Made by a program: the position numbers and the translations under genes
Notes under the pieces: model-generated
The model's database searches: none
Told to the model about the DNA's origin: nothing
The model's input: only the letters and a program-made list of their open reading frames with translations
Shown here: piece by piece, positions 47,853-56,243 of the stretch
Numbering within the stretch: position 1 is the first letter of the stretch
Layout of the letters: every line of letters starts with the position of its first letter
Source: Alphaproteobacteria bacterium
Lineage (GTDB): Bacteria > Pseudomonadota > Alphaproteobacteria > Rs-D84
Length of the DNA stretch: 56,630 bases
Assembly (NCBI GenBank): GCA_017436325.1
Contig: JAFSDI010000017.1
Location: 1 to 56,630 of the forward strand
Direction: 5' to 3'

Positions 47853-49039
47853 TATTCACCATCCTTTTTGCCGCCAGATATGATTGTTTTTCCAGTCTGG
47901 GTAACTTTGTCCAACGCAATTTTCCCGAACTTTATTAAATCTTCACCCAATTTTTCACCCAAGTCTTTCTTTTCATCAACATTGAATGCACTTAGAATCA
48001 TCTTTGTAATTTGTGGAATTTGCCCATATATATAATTTAATACATACATCAAAACCGTACAACTCATTAATGTCATCGCAGCCAGATTTTCCGTGTTTAA
48101 ATCAAATTCAAATATTTCACCAGTAGTTATCGCAGTCATCAATTCATTAATATTACCATCTGTCGCAGTAAAGAAATTAGCAACAATCATCATTATTACT
48201 GTATACGTTATTACAACAGAACCCAGTGTAACAATAGAATTTATTAAACTTTTTATCTGTTTTGTTCCAACTGAACCACCTAAATTTTTTGCCCATTCGG
48301 GAACACCAGAGATGCCTTGGAATGGAAATACCGCCAAAGATAACGGAAAAAAGAATGCAAACAATGCCATCGACATTATGACATCGACAAAATAACAACA
48401 GTATTTGAAAAACAATCTAAAAAATCCAATCGTTAATGCCAGCCCAATAAAAAACAATACAATATGCTTAATCAATGCACCAATTCCTAGTAAGGCTTGC
48501 CACGAAAATGCACTGTCCATAACAGCAATCCCAAGTTTCATATACGATTGAAACTGAGTCACTGTTGTTTTCATTATCATAATTATCTTGTCACGCAATT
48601 GCGGACGAAAGAAACTGTCGTCTGACATTTCTGTTGGTGTATATGTGACACGGGCGTTAATATCTGCATCTGTTTGCTGAGTCATATACTGTGTATAGGA
48701 TAACGTCATTTGCGCAACAGGTTCAAAAGTAATAGTCGATAAAACGCGCGGAAAAGTAATACCTGCCCCCATTATACCCAGCGCAACAATGCCAGAGATA
48801 AAAACTTTTTGTATAGAATTTTTATACCACGGGTCTGAAAAATCGCTCTTGAAATTTGCGTATATACTGTTTACTACGAATACAGTAAATATCGCGCAAA
48901 ATAAAACAACACATATCATACTGAAATAATCATAAATAGCCGCCGCCGCAATCGATACAATTTGAAACAATCTATCAAAAACAGAACAGCCCCAACACTG
49001 TATGGTATTGTCTATCAAAGATGCTGTCCAATTTGTCAT
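47852..49039 (-). CDS. polytopic membrane protein, paralogue 3 of 5 (tentatively TrbL/VirB6-like)
   Basis: The ATG lies 1 nt after the upstream stop. The N-terminal CxxC is IQCWGCSVFDRLF. The core motif is ALFAFFFPLSLAVFPFQG. The C-terminal tail is hydrophilic. Confidence 0.5.
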   Translation of the reverse strand: MTNWTASLIDNTIQCWGCSVFDRLFQIVSIAAAAIYDYFSMICVVLFCAIFTVFVVNSIYANFKSDFSDPWYKNSIQKVFISGIVALGIMGAGITFPRVLSTITFEPVAQMTLSYTQYMTQQTDADINARVTYTPTEMSDDSFFRPQLRDKIIMIMKTTVTQFQSYMKLGIAVMDSAFSWQALLGIGALIKHIVLFFIGLALTIGFFRLFFKYCCYFVDVIMSMALFAFFFPLSLAVFPFQGISGVPEWAKNLGGSVGTKQIKSLINSIVTLGSVVITYTVIMMIVANFFTATDGNINELMTAITTGEIFEFDLNTENLAAMTLMSCTVLMYVLNYIYGQIPQITKMILSAFNVDEKKDLGEKLGEDLIKFGKIALDKVTQTGKTIISGGKKDGE

Positions 49040-49040
49040 T

Positions 49041-50297
49041 TTACTTCTTTATCCAACCAATTGCTGTGCCTAATTTTTTGCCCATATCTTTTATGCCACC
49101 GTATAGGGTCTTGCTGTCTGATTTTACCTGATTGTACAGTCCATCTAGCCCACCACCAGTATACAACTTTAACTGTTGTTGCGTCATATCAAATATCTTG
49201 AAAAACAAGTAAAACGTTAATATCGCAGACAGCCACGTTACAGAATGTTCACCAAATCCCATTGCGGTATTTGCAGTTTGTGGCAAATTACTGTATGCAG
49301 AACCAGATGCAGCAACAACAAATACAGATGTATTCCATTGAAACAACGCCTTGATGACAGCCAAATCAATACACAACATAAAAGCACAGGCAATCATTGT
49401 GATGATTAAATCTTGCAAGGCCTTGGTTATACCACTGAATGCAGGCCATATATCAAACCATTTGTCACTGGATTTTACAACATAGGTAAATACATTAAAC
49501 GGATATAAAATTAATTGCATTCCAAAATTAAATATTCCCTGAATTATTAACAGCGCCATAAATAAATTACAACCCACAAATGTTATGACCAATAATAATC
49601 CAGTTATGATATTCAAAAAGTTTTCGCCCCCTTGGGGAACAAGTGTAAATAAACCACGCAATCCACTGTTAATAAACTCAAAACCGCGCTTTACAATCTG
49701 GTTGTTTGCATGTGATAAATCTGAAACAGGCTGAACCAAAAATTCACAGGATGCCTGTGAAACCCACCCCTTGTCAATTATACTGGATGGACATTCTATT
49801 TTGGGCGCAGAACCAGAATCATTTATGGTCTGTGTAATAGCATTTGTATATATCGCACCAAGTTCTAAAAATGGATTCACCAACCATTGTGTCAAAAATA
49901 CAGGACTTATCTGCAACAGCAGTACAGCCGCAATCACTGCACGCAACCCAGGTCGCATAACATTTTCTGCAATCTGCCAACCTGTTGCCTGACCTTCATA
50001 TATTTCGCCCCCACCAGAAAAACCAAAATAACCCAACCATTTCTTTGGAAAATACATCTTGAAAACATACAAGGTTATCGTTATCCCCAAAAAAAACCAA
50101 ACCAGTATATAAATAATACCATCGCCATTGCCAACAAAATATTCATAACCACGTGTGGCAATCATCATCAATGCATCAAGAACAACAGGAACAAATGGCG
50201 CCAGATTTAAATTATCTATCAATGATTGCGCATATGCAAAACTAGGCACAAAAAATGCCGATAATAAAAATGCAAAAAAACACGTTTTTTTCAACAA
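49041..50297 (-). CDS. polytopic membrane protein, paralogue 4 of 5 (tentatively TrbL/VirB6-like); first gene of the minus-strand operon
   Basis: The start is a TTG; no in-frame ATG lies near the 5' end. The signal peptide is LKKTCFFAFLLSAFFVPSFAYA. The loop Cys pair is KIECPSS...QASCEFL. The core motif is QLILYPFNVFTYVV. Confidence 0.5.
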   Translation of the reverse strand: MLKKTCFFAFLLSAFFVPSFAYAQSLIDNLNLAPFVPVVLDALMMIATRGYEYFVGNGDGIIYILVWFFLGITITLYVFKMYFPKKWLGYFGFSGGGEIYEGQATGWQIAENVMRPGLRAVIAAVLLLQISPVFLTQWLVNPFLELGAIYTNAITQTINDSGSAPKIECPSSIIDKGWVSQASCEFLVQPVSDLSHANNQIVKRGFEFINSGLRGLFTLVPQGGENFLNIITGLLLVITFVGCNLFMALLIIQGIFNFGMQLILYPFNVFTYVVKSSDKWFDIWPAFSGITKALQDLIITMIACAFMLCIDLAVIKALFQWNTSVFVVAASGSAYSNLPQTANTAMGFGEHSVTWLSAILTFYLFFKIFDMTQQQLKLYTGGGLDGLYNQVKSDSKTLYGGIKDMGKKLGTAIGWIKK

Positions 50298-50327
50298 CTA
50301 CATTCCCAAATATTTTTTATCTTTTCA

Positions 50328-50361
50328 ATTATATCATATTTGTTGCATAATATGGTATAAT
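50328..50361. promoter_or_regulatory. back-to-back extended -10 promoters for the divergent paralogue genes
   Basis: On the minus strand TGATATAAT is the complement of 50328-50336. On the plus strand TGGTATAAT lies at 50353-50361. The plus-strand -10 ends 8 nt before the ATG at 50370 and no SD is present, so the mRNA may be leaderless or have a very short leader. Confidence 0.4.
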
Positions 50362-50369
50362 TAAAAACA

Positions 50370-51668
50370 ATGAGTCGACTAAAAAAATTTTGGGTTGCAT
50401 TTTTATCTTTTCTGCCGTTAACAGCGGCGGCATGGGCTCCTTTTGTTGTCGCAGGTGCAGCAGGCGCAGTTGCAATTGCAGGATTTTCAATTTATCGCAG
50501 TCTTTTTCCAGTCAGTATGACAGATGCATATCAATTCTTTTCTACGTGCTGGTCATGCGAAATGTTTTCCGGAATTATGTCAACGATGTCTGACATCCTG
50601 CCCGCGATTTATTCCGCATTAGGAAAAACTATTGTGCCATTCGCAATTTTGCTGATGGCAATTTGGATAGCCTGGACACTGATAGATAATTTTTTAAACA
50701 ACAAAAACAAAGACTTTGAAAACCCATGGTCTTTGGCCAGTGATTTTACAAATAAACTTGTTAAACTGGGGATTATTTCTATCTTTTTATTGGCACCGCT
50801 GCCACGAATTATTAGCGAAGTCGCAATCCAGCCTATATTCAATATTGGACTGTCTTTGAACAGGGCTGTGGTTCACGATGATACATTTGATTCTTGCGTT
50901 ATCGCAACCGCAATTGCAGACCCAGCCTCAATCGACAAAAGTGCCGCAAATTCAGGTGCATTTTCACCAAAACTGCGATATAATTTAGCGTGCGAGCTGG
51001 CAGGTGTCCACCAATTAACAGGACTGGGGATGACCGTTGGATGGACAATGATTAATATGGCATTTAATCGTGACTATATGCATAAAATATTATGGAATGT
51101 CCCAATATTTCCAAATGTCATAATGTTCTTTGCAGGCTTTTTAATCTTGGCCCTGTTTTTAATGGCACTTATCCCGATACCAATATATTTCTTAGAAATA
51201 TTTATCAAACTGTCACTGGATTTGATTATGTTACCACTGATGTTATTGGCGTGGCTGTTCAAGGGATGGAAAATATCACTTCAAGGCGCAGGAAAAACAA
51301 TATCGCAAATTGTCGATGGTGTTATTAATGGGACACTGGGACTGGCTGTGACCGGCGTGTTTGTCAGTTTCGCAGTTATGTTTCTTGAGGCCTTGTTTGG
51401 CGATTGGCAAGGTCAATCTGTTCTGGCCACAGCAATAGCACAAAACGATTCGAAATTCTTGATGGATGCATTAATGCTGCGTAACGACAGTCTGATAACC
51501 ATTGTATTGATGGGAATATTTATCGCAATGTTTATGATAATGATTCCAGCATTATCAAAGACTTTGTTCAAGGTAGAAATTTCACAAGACTTCTATAACA
51601 CCACAAAAAAGAATACTCAAATAATGTGGAACGCATTGAAAAAGTGGTACGAAATGATAAAAAAATAA
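50370..51668 (+). CDS. polytopic membrane protein, paralogue 5 of 5 (tentatively TrbL/VirB6-like), divergently transcribed
   Basis: The N-terminal CxxC is STCWSCEMFSGIM. The loop Cys pair is FDSCVIA...NLACELA. The core motif is LDLIMLPLMLLAWLFKG. At least 7 hydrophobic segments are present. Confidence 0.5.
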   Translation: MSRLKKFWVAFLSFLPLTAAAWAPFVVAGAAGAVAIAGFSIYRSLFPVSMTDAYQFFSTCWSCEMFSGIMSTMSDILPAIYSALGKTIVPFAILLMAIWIAWTLIDNFLNNKNKDFENPWSLASDFTNKLVKLGIISIFLLAPLPRIISEVAIQPIFNIGLSLNRAVVHDDTFDSCVIATAIADPASIDKSAANSGAFSPKLRYNLACELAGVHQLTGLGMTVGWTMINMAFNRDYMHKILWNVPIFPNVIMFFAGFLILALFLMALIPIPIYFLEIFIKLSLDLIMLPLMLLAWLFKGWKISLQGAGKTISQIVDGVINGTLGLAVTGVFVSFAVMFLEALFGDWQGQSVLATAIAQNDSKFLMDALMLRNDSLITIVLMGIFIAMFMIMIPALSKTLFKVEISQDFYNTTKKNTQIMWNALKKWYEMIKK

Positions 51669-51735
51669 AAATCAAGCCTTTTATTTAACCTGCCCCCCTT
51701 TTTTATGAATACCGAATCTGATATAATTCATAGCA

Positions 51736-52245
51736 ATGACAAAGTTTCCGATTCTTTATTGGCCGCGCAGGACAACTGGGGATACAGAATACCAGTTGGC
51801 GCGTAAAGTAATAAATAATTCATGCGGTGTAATGCCTGATGTATGTACTGATGATTTAGATATCGCAGACATATTAAATAAAAATCCAAACGCAGTTATT
51901 TATTATCCTGTGTTCTGCGGTTCAACAGGATGGTGGGGCGAATTGCTGGGCAGCGATGGTGTCGTATGCGACAAACTGATTATATCGCCAGAATGTCAAC
52001 TGATGGTTATCGAATCCGAAAAACAGGTCAAACCAACCGGAAAAACACAATTGCTGGCAGCAGAGATTTATCCAACCAGCGGATTCTTTAAAAAAATGAA
52101 TTCTGGAATAGCAACTGTTGCAGATATGCTGGCCACGGATGCAGGTACTATATTAGCACTGTTTTCAGGAAAAAACCAATCACAGTTTATAAATATATTA
52201 GAATCTACGGGAAATTCCTATCTGGGCTGTATCGGCAGATATTAG
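51736..52245 (+). CDS. hypothetical protein (169 aa), unknown family
   Basis: This is the only long ORF in the interval. It has no signal peptide, no clear SD and contains several Cys. It follows paralogue 5 on the same strand. Confidence 0.4.
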   Translation: MTKFPILYWPRRTTGDTEYQLARKVINNSCGVMPDVCTDDLDIADILNKNPNAVIYYPVFCGSTGWWGELLGSDGVVCDKLIISPECQLMVIESEKQVKPTGKTQLLAAEIYPTSGFFKKMNSGIATVADMLATDAGTILALFSGKNQSQFINILESTGNSYLGCIGRY

Positions 52246-52259
52246 TTTGCTAATATTGC

Positions 52260-52287
52260 TTGATTTCTATAAAAATCATAGTATAAT
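52260..52287 (+). promoter_or_regulatory. sigma70-type promoter of rpmE
   Basis: The promoter is TTGATT (52260-65), a 16-nt spacer, then TATAAT (52282-87). This lies 34 nt upstream of the rpmE ATG. Confidence 0.55.
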
Positions 52288-52320
52288 TTTGTAGCTAAAA
52301 TTTAAAAAAAGGTAAAAATT

Positions 52321-52533
52321 ATGAAAAAAGGAATTCATCCAGAATACTATGAAATTAACGTCACAAGAACTGACGGTAAAACAATCAAAATGTATTCTTC
52401 TGTAAATAAAGATATGACTTTGTCTACTGATAACTTGAATCATTCCGCATGGACTGGTCAACGTTCGAACGCAGGCGAAAAAGGTCAACGCGCAGCTGAA
52501 TTTAAATCAAAATTTGCTGGCTTTAATTTCTAA
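52321..52533 (+). CDS. rpmE: 50S ribosomal protein L31 (non-Zn type)
   Basis: The sequence MKKGIHPEYYEINVTRTDGKTIKMYSS...HSAWTG...FKSKFAGF matches the L31 N-terminal MKKGIHP signature. It lacks the CxxC pair. Confidence 0.9.
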   Translation: MKKGIHPEYYEINVTRTDGKTIKMYSSVNKDMTLSTDNLNHSAWTGQRSNAGEKGQRAAEFKSKFAGFNF

Positions 52534-52566
52534 ATCAACAAATATGCATAAAGGCGGTGCAACGAT

Positions 52567-53271
52567 ATGGAACTGTTAATCAAAGGGTCAACAGAATTAA
52601 ACAAAATGTTTATGGCGTTGCAGCGCACTGCGTCTGGTTTGCGTCGCGACTTTGGTGAGGTTGAAAACCTGCAACAATCCTTGCGCAGTGCAAGTGATTT
52701 TGTCCAAAAGGCCGCAAACAGAATCGAAGAAAGCATTCTGTCTGATTTGCTGTTGGTTCGACCCGCAGCAGGTTTGTTGACACCAGATATGTCACGTGCC
52801 GGTGATGGTCGTGATGAATTTGTTTTGGCACTGTCTGGGGCATCTAATTTCGTTCGTGGAAACCCACATTTTGCGATTTCTTTGGCACTGCGTACAAATG
52901 ATGAAACAAAAATAGCACTGGTCTATTCACCAATTGACGAGCGCTTGTATTATGCAGAAGCAGGGAATGGCGCATATGTATTTTCTGCATTCCATTCGGC
53001 ACGCATCAAGGTTTCTAATATAAAATCTGCTTTTGAATCAACAATTGCGTACAATACGACTGATGCACGACCATTAAATGGCACAGTTCGCCGCACAGGT
53101 TGCCCAGCACTGGATTTAGCATGGGTCGCAGCAGGAAAATTCGATGCATATATATCAGACCCATTAGATTTTGCAGAAATTGCCGCAGGTGACTTGATAC
53201 TACGCGAAGCCGGCGGAACAATCGAAATGACAGCTGACTTGGTCGCGACAAATGCAAAAATAGAATTATAA
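52567..53271 (+). CDS. inositol monophosphatase/SuhB-family protein with degenerate metal-binding motifs (probable pseudoenzyme)
   Basis: The sequences RDFGEVENLQQS, ...NFVRGNPHFAISLAL and ...GCPALDLAWVAAGKFDAYI follow the SuhB layout. However, DPxDGT is replaced by LALSGAS, the EE(S/T) ligand region by TPDMS, and F-V-T-x-x-D by FVQKAAN. Confidence 0.7.
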   Translation: MELLIKGSTELNKMFMALQRTASGLRRDFGEVENLQQSLRSASDFVQKAANRIEESILSDLLLVRPAAGLLTPDMSRAGDGRDEFVLALSGASNFVRGNPHFAISLALRTNDETKIALVYSPIDERLYYAEAGNGAYVFSAFHSARIKVSNIKSAFESTIAYNTTDARPLNGTVRRTGCPALDLAWVAAGKFDAYISDPLDFAEIAAGDLILREAGGTIEMTADLVATNAKIEL

Positions 53272-53293
53272 ATCGCCAATTGGCGATTTTTTT
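53271..53293 (+). terminator. rho-independent terminator
   Basis: The palindrome AATCGCCAATTGGCGATT is followed by a T-run and starts at the stop codon. Confidence 0.75.
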
Positions 53294-53363
53294 ATTTTGA
53301 TGTTTTTTCTTCTTGCGTACGATTCATTTTTTGTTCTATGATTGTTTTGGAAGGAAAGGAATT

Positions 53364-54653
53364 ATGCATAGATTATCAATCTGCGTATTGTCGTTGTTTG
53401 TTACATCTGGTTTGTGGGCAAATACAAGAATGCCGGTGGTAAATATTGCCGCAGGCGGGGTTTCTGCACGCAGCGCATTTGGTGAAGAAATCGTTAAAAA
53501 CACAAAAAAAATAGAAGGACAAAAAGCAACACAAACACGCACTAAAAAAGTCGTGGCGCGCAATACAAAAAAAGCACACACACCACAAGTTATGCCGATT
53601 GCAAAAACTGATGTTGCTGTAAACAATTCAGATATTCTTAGCCCACAAAGACCAAGTCCTGATTTATGGGCAAAAAATGATGCAACACTGCGTATGCCAC
53701 ACCCAAGTGAATTTTCTGTATACAGAAACGATTCGATTCTGCCAGAAGAAAGTTTAGATTCTGCACCTGTTAATTCTGAAAAGTTTTTTGCAAAGACAGA
53801 AACTAAACCTGTGCAGGTTGCGAAAAGCAATACATCAGAATTAGATACACAAATCGCACGATTGATTGATTTGCAAAAAAAAGCAGAAGATAGTGTACGT
53901 ACAGTATCGTCACGCGTTATTGCCGCACCAATTACAGACGAAACTGTGAATGAACCTGTAAAATTAGCCGAATCATTAGACAAAACAGAAATAGATAAAC
54001 CCGTATCTTTGCGCCGTATGGTCGTTCCAATGAATGACGATGTTATTGTAAGAAAAGTAGAAAAAAATAAATCGCCAAAAATCGCGCGTGTGCGTGAGGA
54101 TATGACAAAAATGAGCCCATCCGAACTAAGAAATGCGTTTAGGAAAACTTTCTTGTCTGAAAATAAGCATTTATCAACTTATTCCGTTGATAGTTCTTTT
54201 GATACAATCAGTGATATGTCATCTTCGATAGAAGGTTTTACCGCAAAACGTGATTTGTCTGAAGATGGCGGAATCAGACCATTGGAAATAAAAATTAAAT
54301 TCAGAAATGCTGATTCTGCACTTTCGCGCGATAACTATACTTTGTTAACCGAATATGCAGGTATTGTTGTCAATAAACCAACACGCGCAATTCAGATTGC
54401 AATCCCAGAATATATGACAAAAAGCAAAGATGAACGCAAATTAGCCGCACGTAGATTAGCAATCGTTGAACAGGTGCTGAATGACAATGGTGTTTCACAA
54501 CAGCGCATCATCCCTGTTCTGTCACAACGAAATGAATCTGGGTTTGTTTTGCGCATAATTTCAAGCGAACAGTATGAAAGCCTGACCCAGCAACACAGAA
54601 ATATTTTTGGTGACGATATGGGTAAGACTACTTATAAAAGTATGACGTGGTAA
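53364..54653 (+). CDS. exported protein with a C-terminal OmpA/MotB-like peptidoglycan-binding domain
   Basis: The start was moved to the ATG at 53364 (AAGGAAAGGA SD; the track ORF starts at a TTG at 53313). The signal peptide is MHRLSICVLSLFVTSGLWA. The C-terminal sequence ...LAARRLAIVEQVLNDNGVSQQRI fits the OmpA_C pattern L...RA..V...L...GV...RI. Confidence 0.6.
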   Translation: MHRLSICVLSLFVTSGLWANTRMPVVNIAAGGVSARSAFGEEIVKNTKKIEGQKATQTRTKKVVARNTKKAHTPQVMPIAKTDVAVNNSDILSPQRPSPDLWAKNDATLRMPHPSEFSVYRNDSILPEESLDSAPVNSEKFFAKTETKPVQVAKSNTSELDTQIARLIDLQKKAEDSVRTVSSRVIAAPITDETVNEPVKLAESLDKTEIDKPVSLRRMVVPMNDDVIVRKVEKNKSPKIARVREDMTKMSPSELRNAFRKTFLSENKHLSTYSVDSSFDTISDMSSSIEGFTAKRDLSEDGGIRPLEIKIKFRNADSALSRDNYTLLTEYAGIVVNKPTRAIQIAIPEYMTKSKDERKLAARRLAIVEQVLNDNGVSQQRIIPVLSQRNESGFVLRIISSEQYESLTQQHRNIFGDDMGKTTYKSMTW

Positions 54654-55369
54654 AATATTTAAGAAATATTACAGACTTTTTATTCCCACCGGCATGTCCT
54701 TTGTGCGATATGCCGGTGTCTGTTCACGGACAACTGTGTCCAGATTGTTGGGGCAAATTTAACTGGATATCAGATCCAAAATGTATTAAATGCGGATACC
54801 CTTTTCCAGCAAATCTGGATTTAGGTAATACGCCACTTTGTCCCGTGTGCGCCGCAGGAAAATGCGAACTGGACTGGATTCGTTCCGCGTGTGTTTATGA
54901 TAACGCATCACGAAACGCGGTGTTGCCGTTTAAACACGCAGATAAAATAAAGTACGCAAAATTTATGGCACACGCAATGATTGCCGCACTGAATGACATA
55001 AATATTGATGCTGATTTGGTTATGCCGGTTCCGTTGGCACGTCAACGTCTGTTTCATCGCGGATATAACCAAGCAACCTTGTTAGCACAGCCAATCGCAC
55101 GGGCATTTAATCTAAAAATGGATTTAAATTCCGTTAACAGAAAATATCGTCCAGATATGGGACATAAAAACGCACGCGAACGAGCACAAAATATTCATGG
55201 TGTGTTTTCTGTGAAAAACAAAAATAAAATTACAGGGAAAAAGATACTGCTGGTCGATGATGTTATGACAACTGGCGCAACATTTTCTGAACTGCGCAAA
55301 GTCTTGTTACGGGCCGGCGCGACCGCAGTATATGGTATTACGTTTTGTCGTGTTGTTCGGGCAATTTAG
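54647..55369 (+). CDS. comF: ComF-family phosphoribosyltransferase-like protein
   Basis: The N-terminal double zinc-finger is CPLCD...CPDCW...CIKCG...CPVC. The PRTase motif is KILLVDDVMTTGAT. The start is a GTG overlapping the upstream stop. Confidence 0.75.
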   Translation: MVKYLRNITDFLFPPACPLCDMPVSVHGQLCPDCWGKFNWISDPKCIKCGYPFPANLDLGNTPLCPVCAAGKCELDWIRSACVYDNASRNAVLPFKHADKIKYAKFMAHAMIAALNDINIDADLVMPVPLARQRLFHRGYNQATLLAQPIARAFNLKMDLNSVNRKYRPDMGHKNARERAQNIHGVFSVKNKNKITGKKILLVDDVMTTGATFSELRKVLLRAGATAVYGITFCRVVRAI

Positions 55370-55737
55370 TTTAAATGTGTATTCTGCCTGTCTGCATCAA
55401 TCGTTTTTTGTATCGCCATTTTTGTTTCTTGAAAAATAATACGTGCAGAACAAAGCTCAAACAAATTTTCAATACGTTTTTCATCCGCAGTCAAATGCTT
55501 TGCCTGACTGGAAATTACTGCTTCGGCGATTAAATCGTCATTTGCCATAATAATATAGTTATAATGAATAATATTATCTGGCTTACTGCGCGAAACAAGA
55601 AAACTGATACACATATCCTTGTCAACATCAATAGAATATTCTTTTATCGCACCATCAGCAATATACGCAACACCAATCGCAGATGTCTGGATTATTCTTT
55701 TTAGATAACTATAGATTCTATCAGATTCATCTGGCAT
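55366..55737 (-). CDS. hypothetical cytoplasmic protein (123 aa)
   Basis: The ATG at 55737 overlaps the 3' end of the upstream gene by 11 nt. No signal peptide, TM segment or known motif was found. Confidence 0.45.
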   Translation of the reverse strand: MPDESDRIYSYLKRIIQTSAIGVAYIADGAIKEYSIDVDKDMCISFLVSRSKPDNIIHYNYIIMANDDLIAEAVISSQAKHLTADEKRIENLFELCSARIIFQETKMAIQKTIDADRQNTHLN

Positions 55738-56185
55738 TTATATAACCCTTGCTTTGTTGCGCCAATACTTTTTTGAGTCTTTTTAACTCATTCAGGTGTG
55801 TCTTGGTTGATTTTTTTATACAAACATCTAAAATCTTGGTAAATACATCATCACTTGCATCTATATTTTTTGAATAACCAAGTAATTCGGTTTTATAAGC
55901 AAAATTTTCTTTATTATAAATACATTCACCATCAAAAAATATTCTAAGATTTTTTGTTCCTGAACAATATGCAATCTGTAAAATTGGATAAGCACCATAA
56001 GTTTCAGATGATTTTTCTAATTTTTCTTTTGCGCAATCAGACGTATCTTGCATTTCCATATCTAATAAAACCGTATAAATATCAAACATATCGAATTTGT
56101 TTTCGGCGGCAATTTCACGACTGACATGATGAAAGATTTCATTTTGATTTAATATGTTTAAAACTTCTTTGAAAACGCGTTGCAT
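55727..56185 (-). CDS. hypothetical cytoplasmic protein (152 aa)
   Basis: The start is the ATG at 56185. This is the first gene of a two-gene minus-strand unit that diverges from leader copy 2. No motif was recognised. Confidence 0.45.
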   Translation of the reverse strand: MQRVFKEVLNILNQNEIFHHVSREIAAENKFDMFDIYTVLLDMEMQDTSDCAKEKLEKSSETYGAYPILQIAYCSGTKNLRIFFDGECIYNKENFAYKTELLGYSKNIDASDDVFTKILDVCIKKSTKTHLNELKRLKKVLAQQSKGYINAR

Positions 56186-56243
56186 AATGATGCCTTTTTA
56201 GAAAATATAGCACGCAAACAACATTTGTCAATCGTTTTTGTAT

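Noticed and set aside
45071-50210. Multiple plus-strand ORFs inside the paralogue array (for example 45071-45616, 45731-46132, 47299-47619, 48093-48395 and 49887-50210)
   Set aside because: They are antisense shadows of hydrophobic-codon-rich membrane protein genes. The minus-strand genes are contiguous and translationally coupled.
53336-53983. 215-aa minus-strand ORF
   Set aside because: It is antisense to the 53364-54653 gene, which has a strong SD, a signal peptide and an OmpA-like C-terminal domain.
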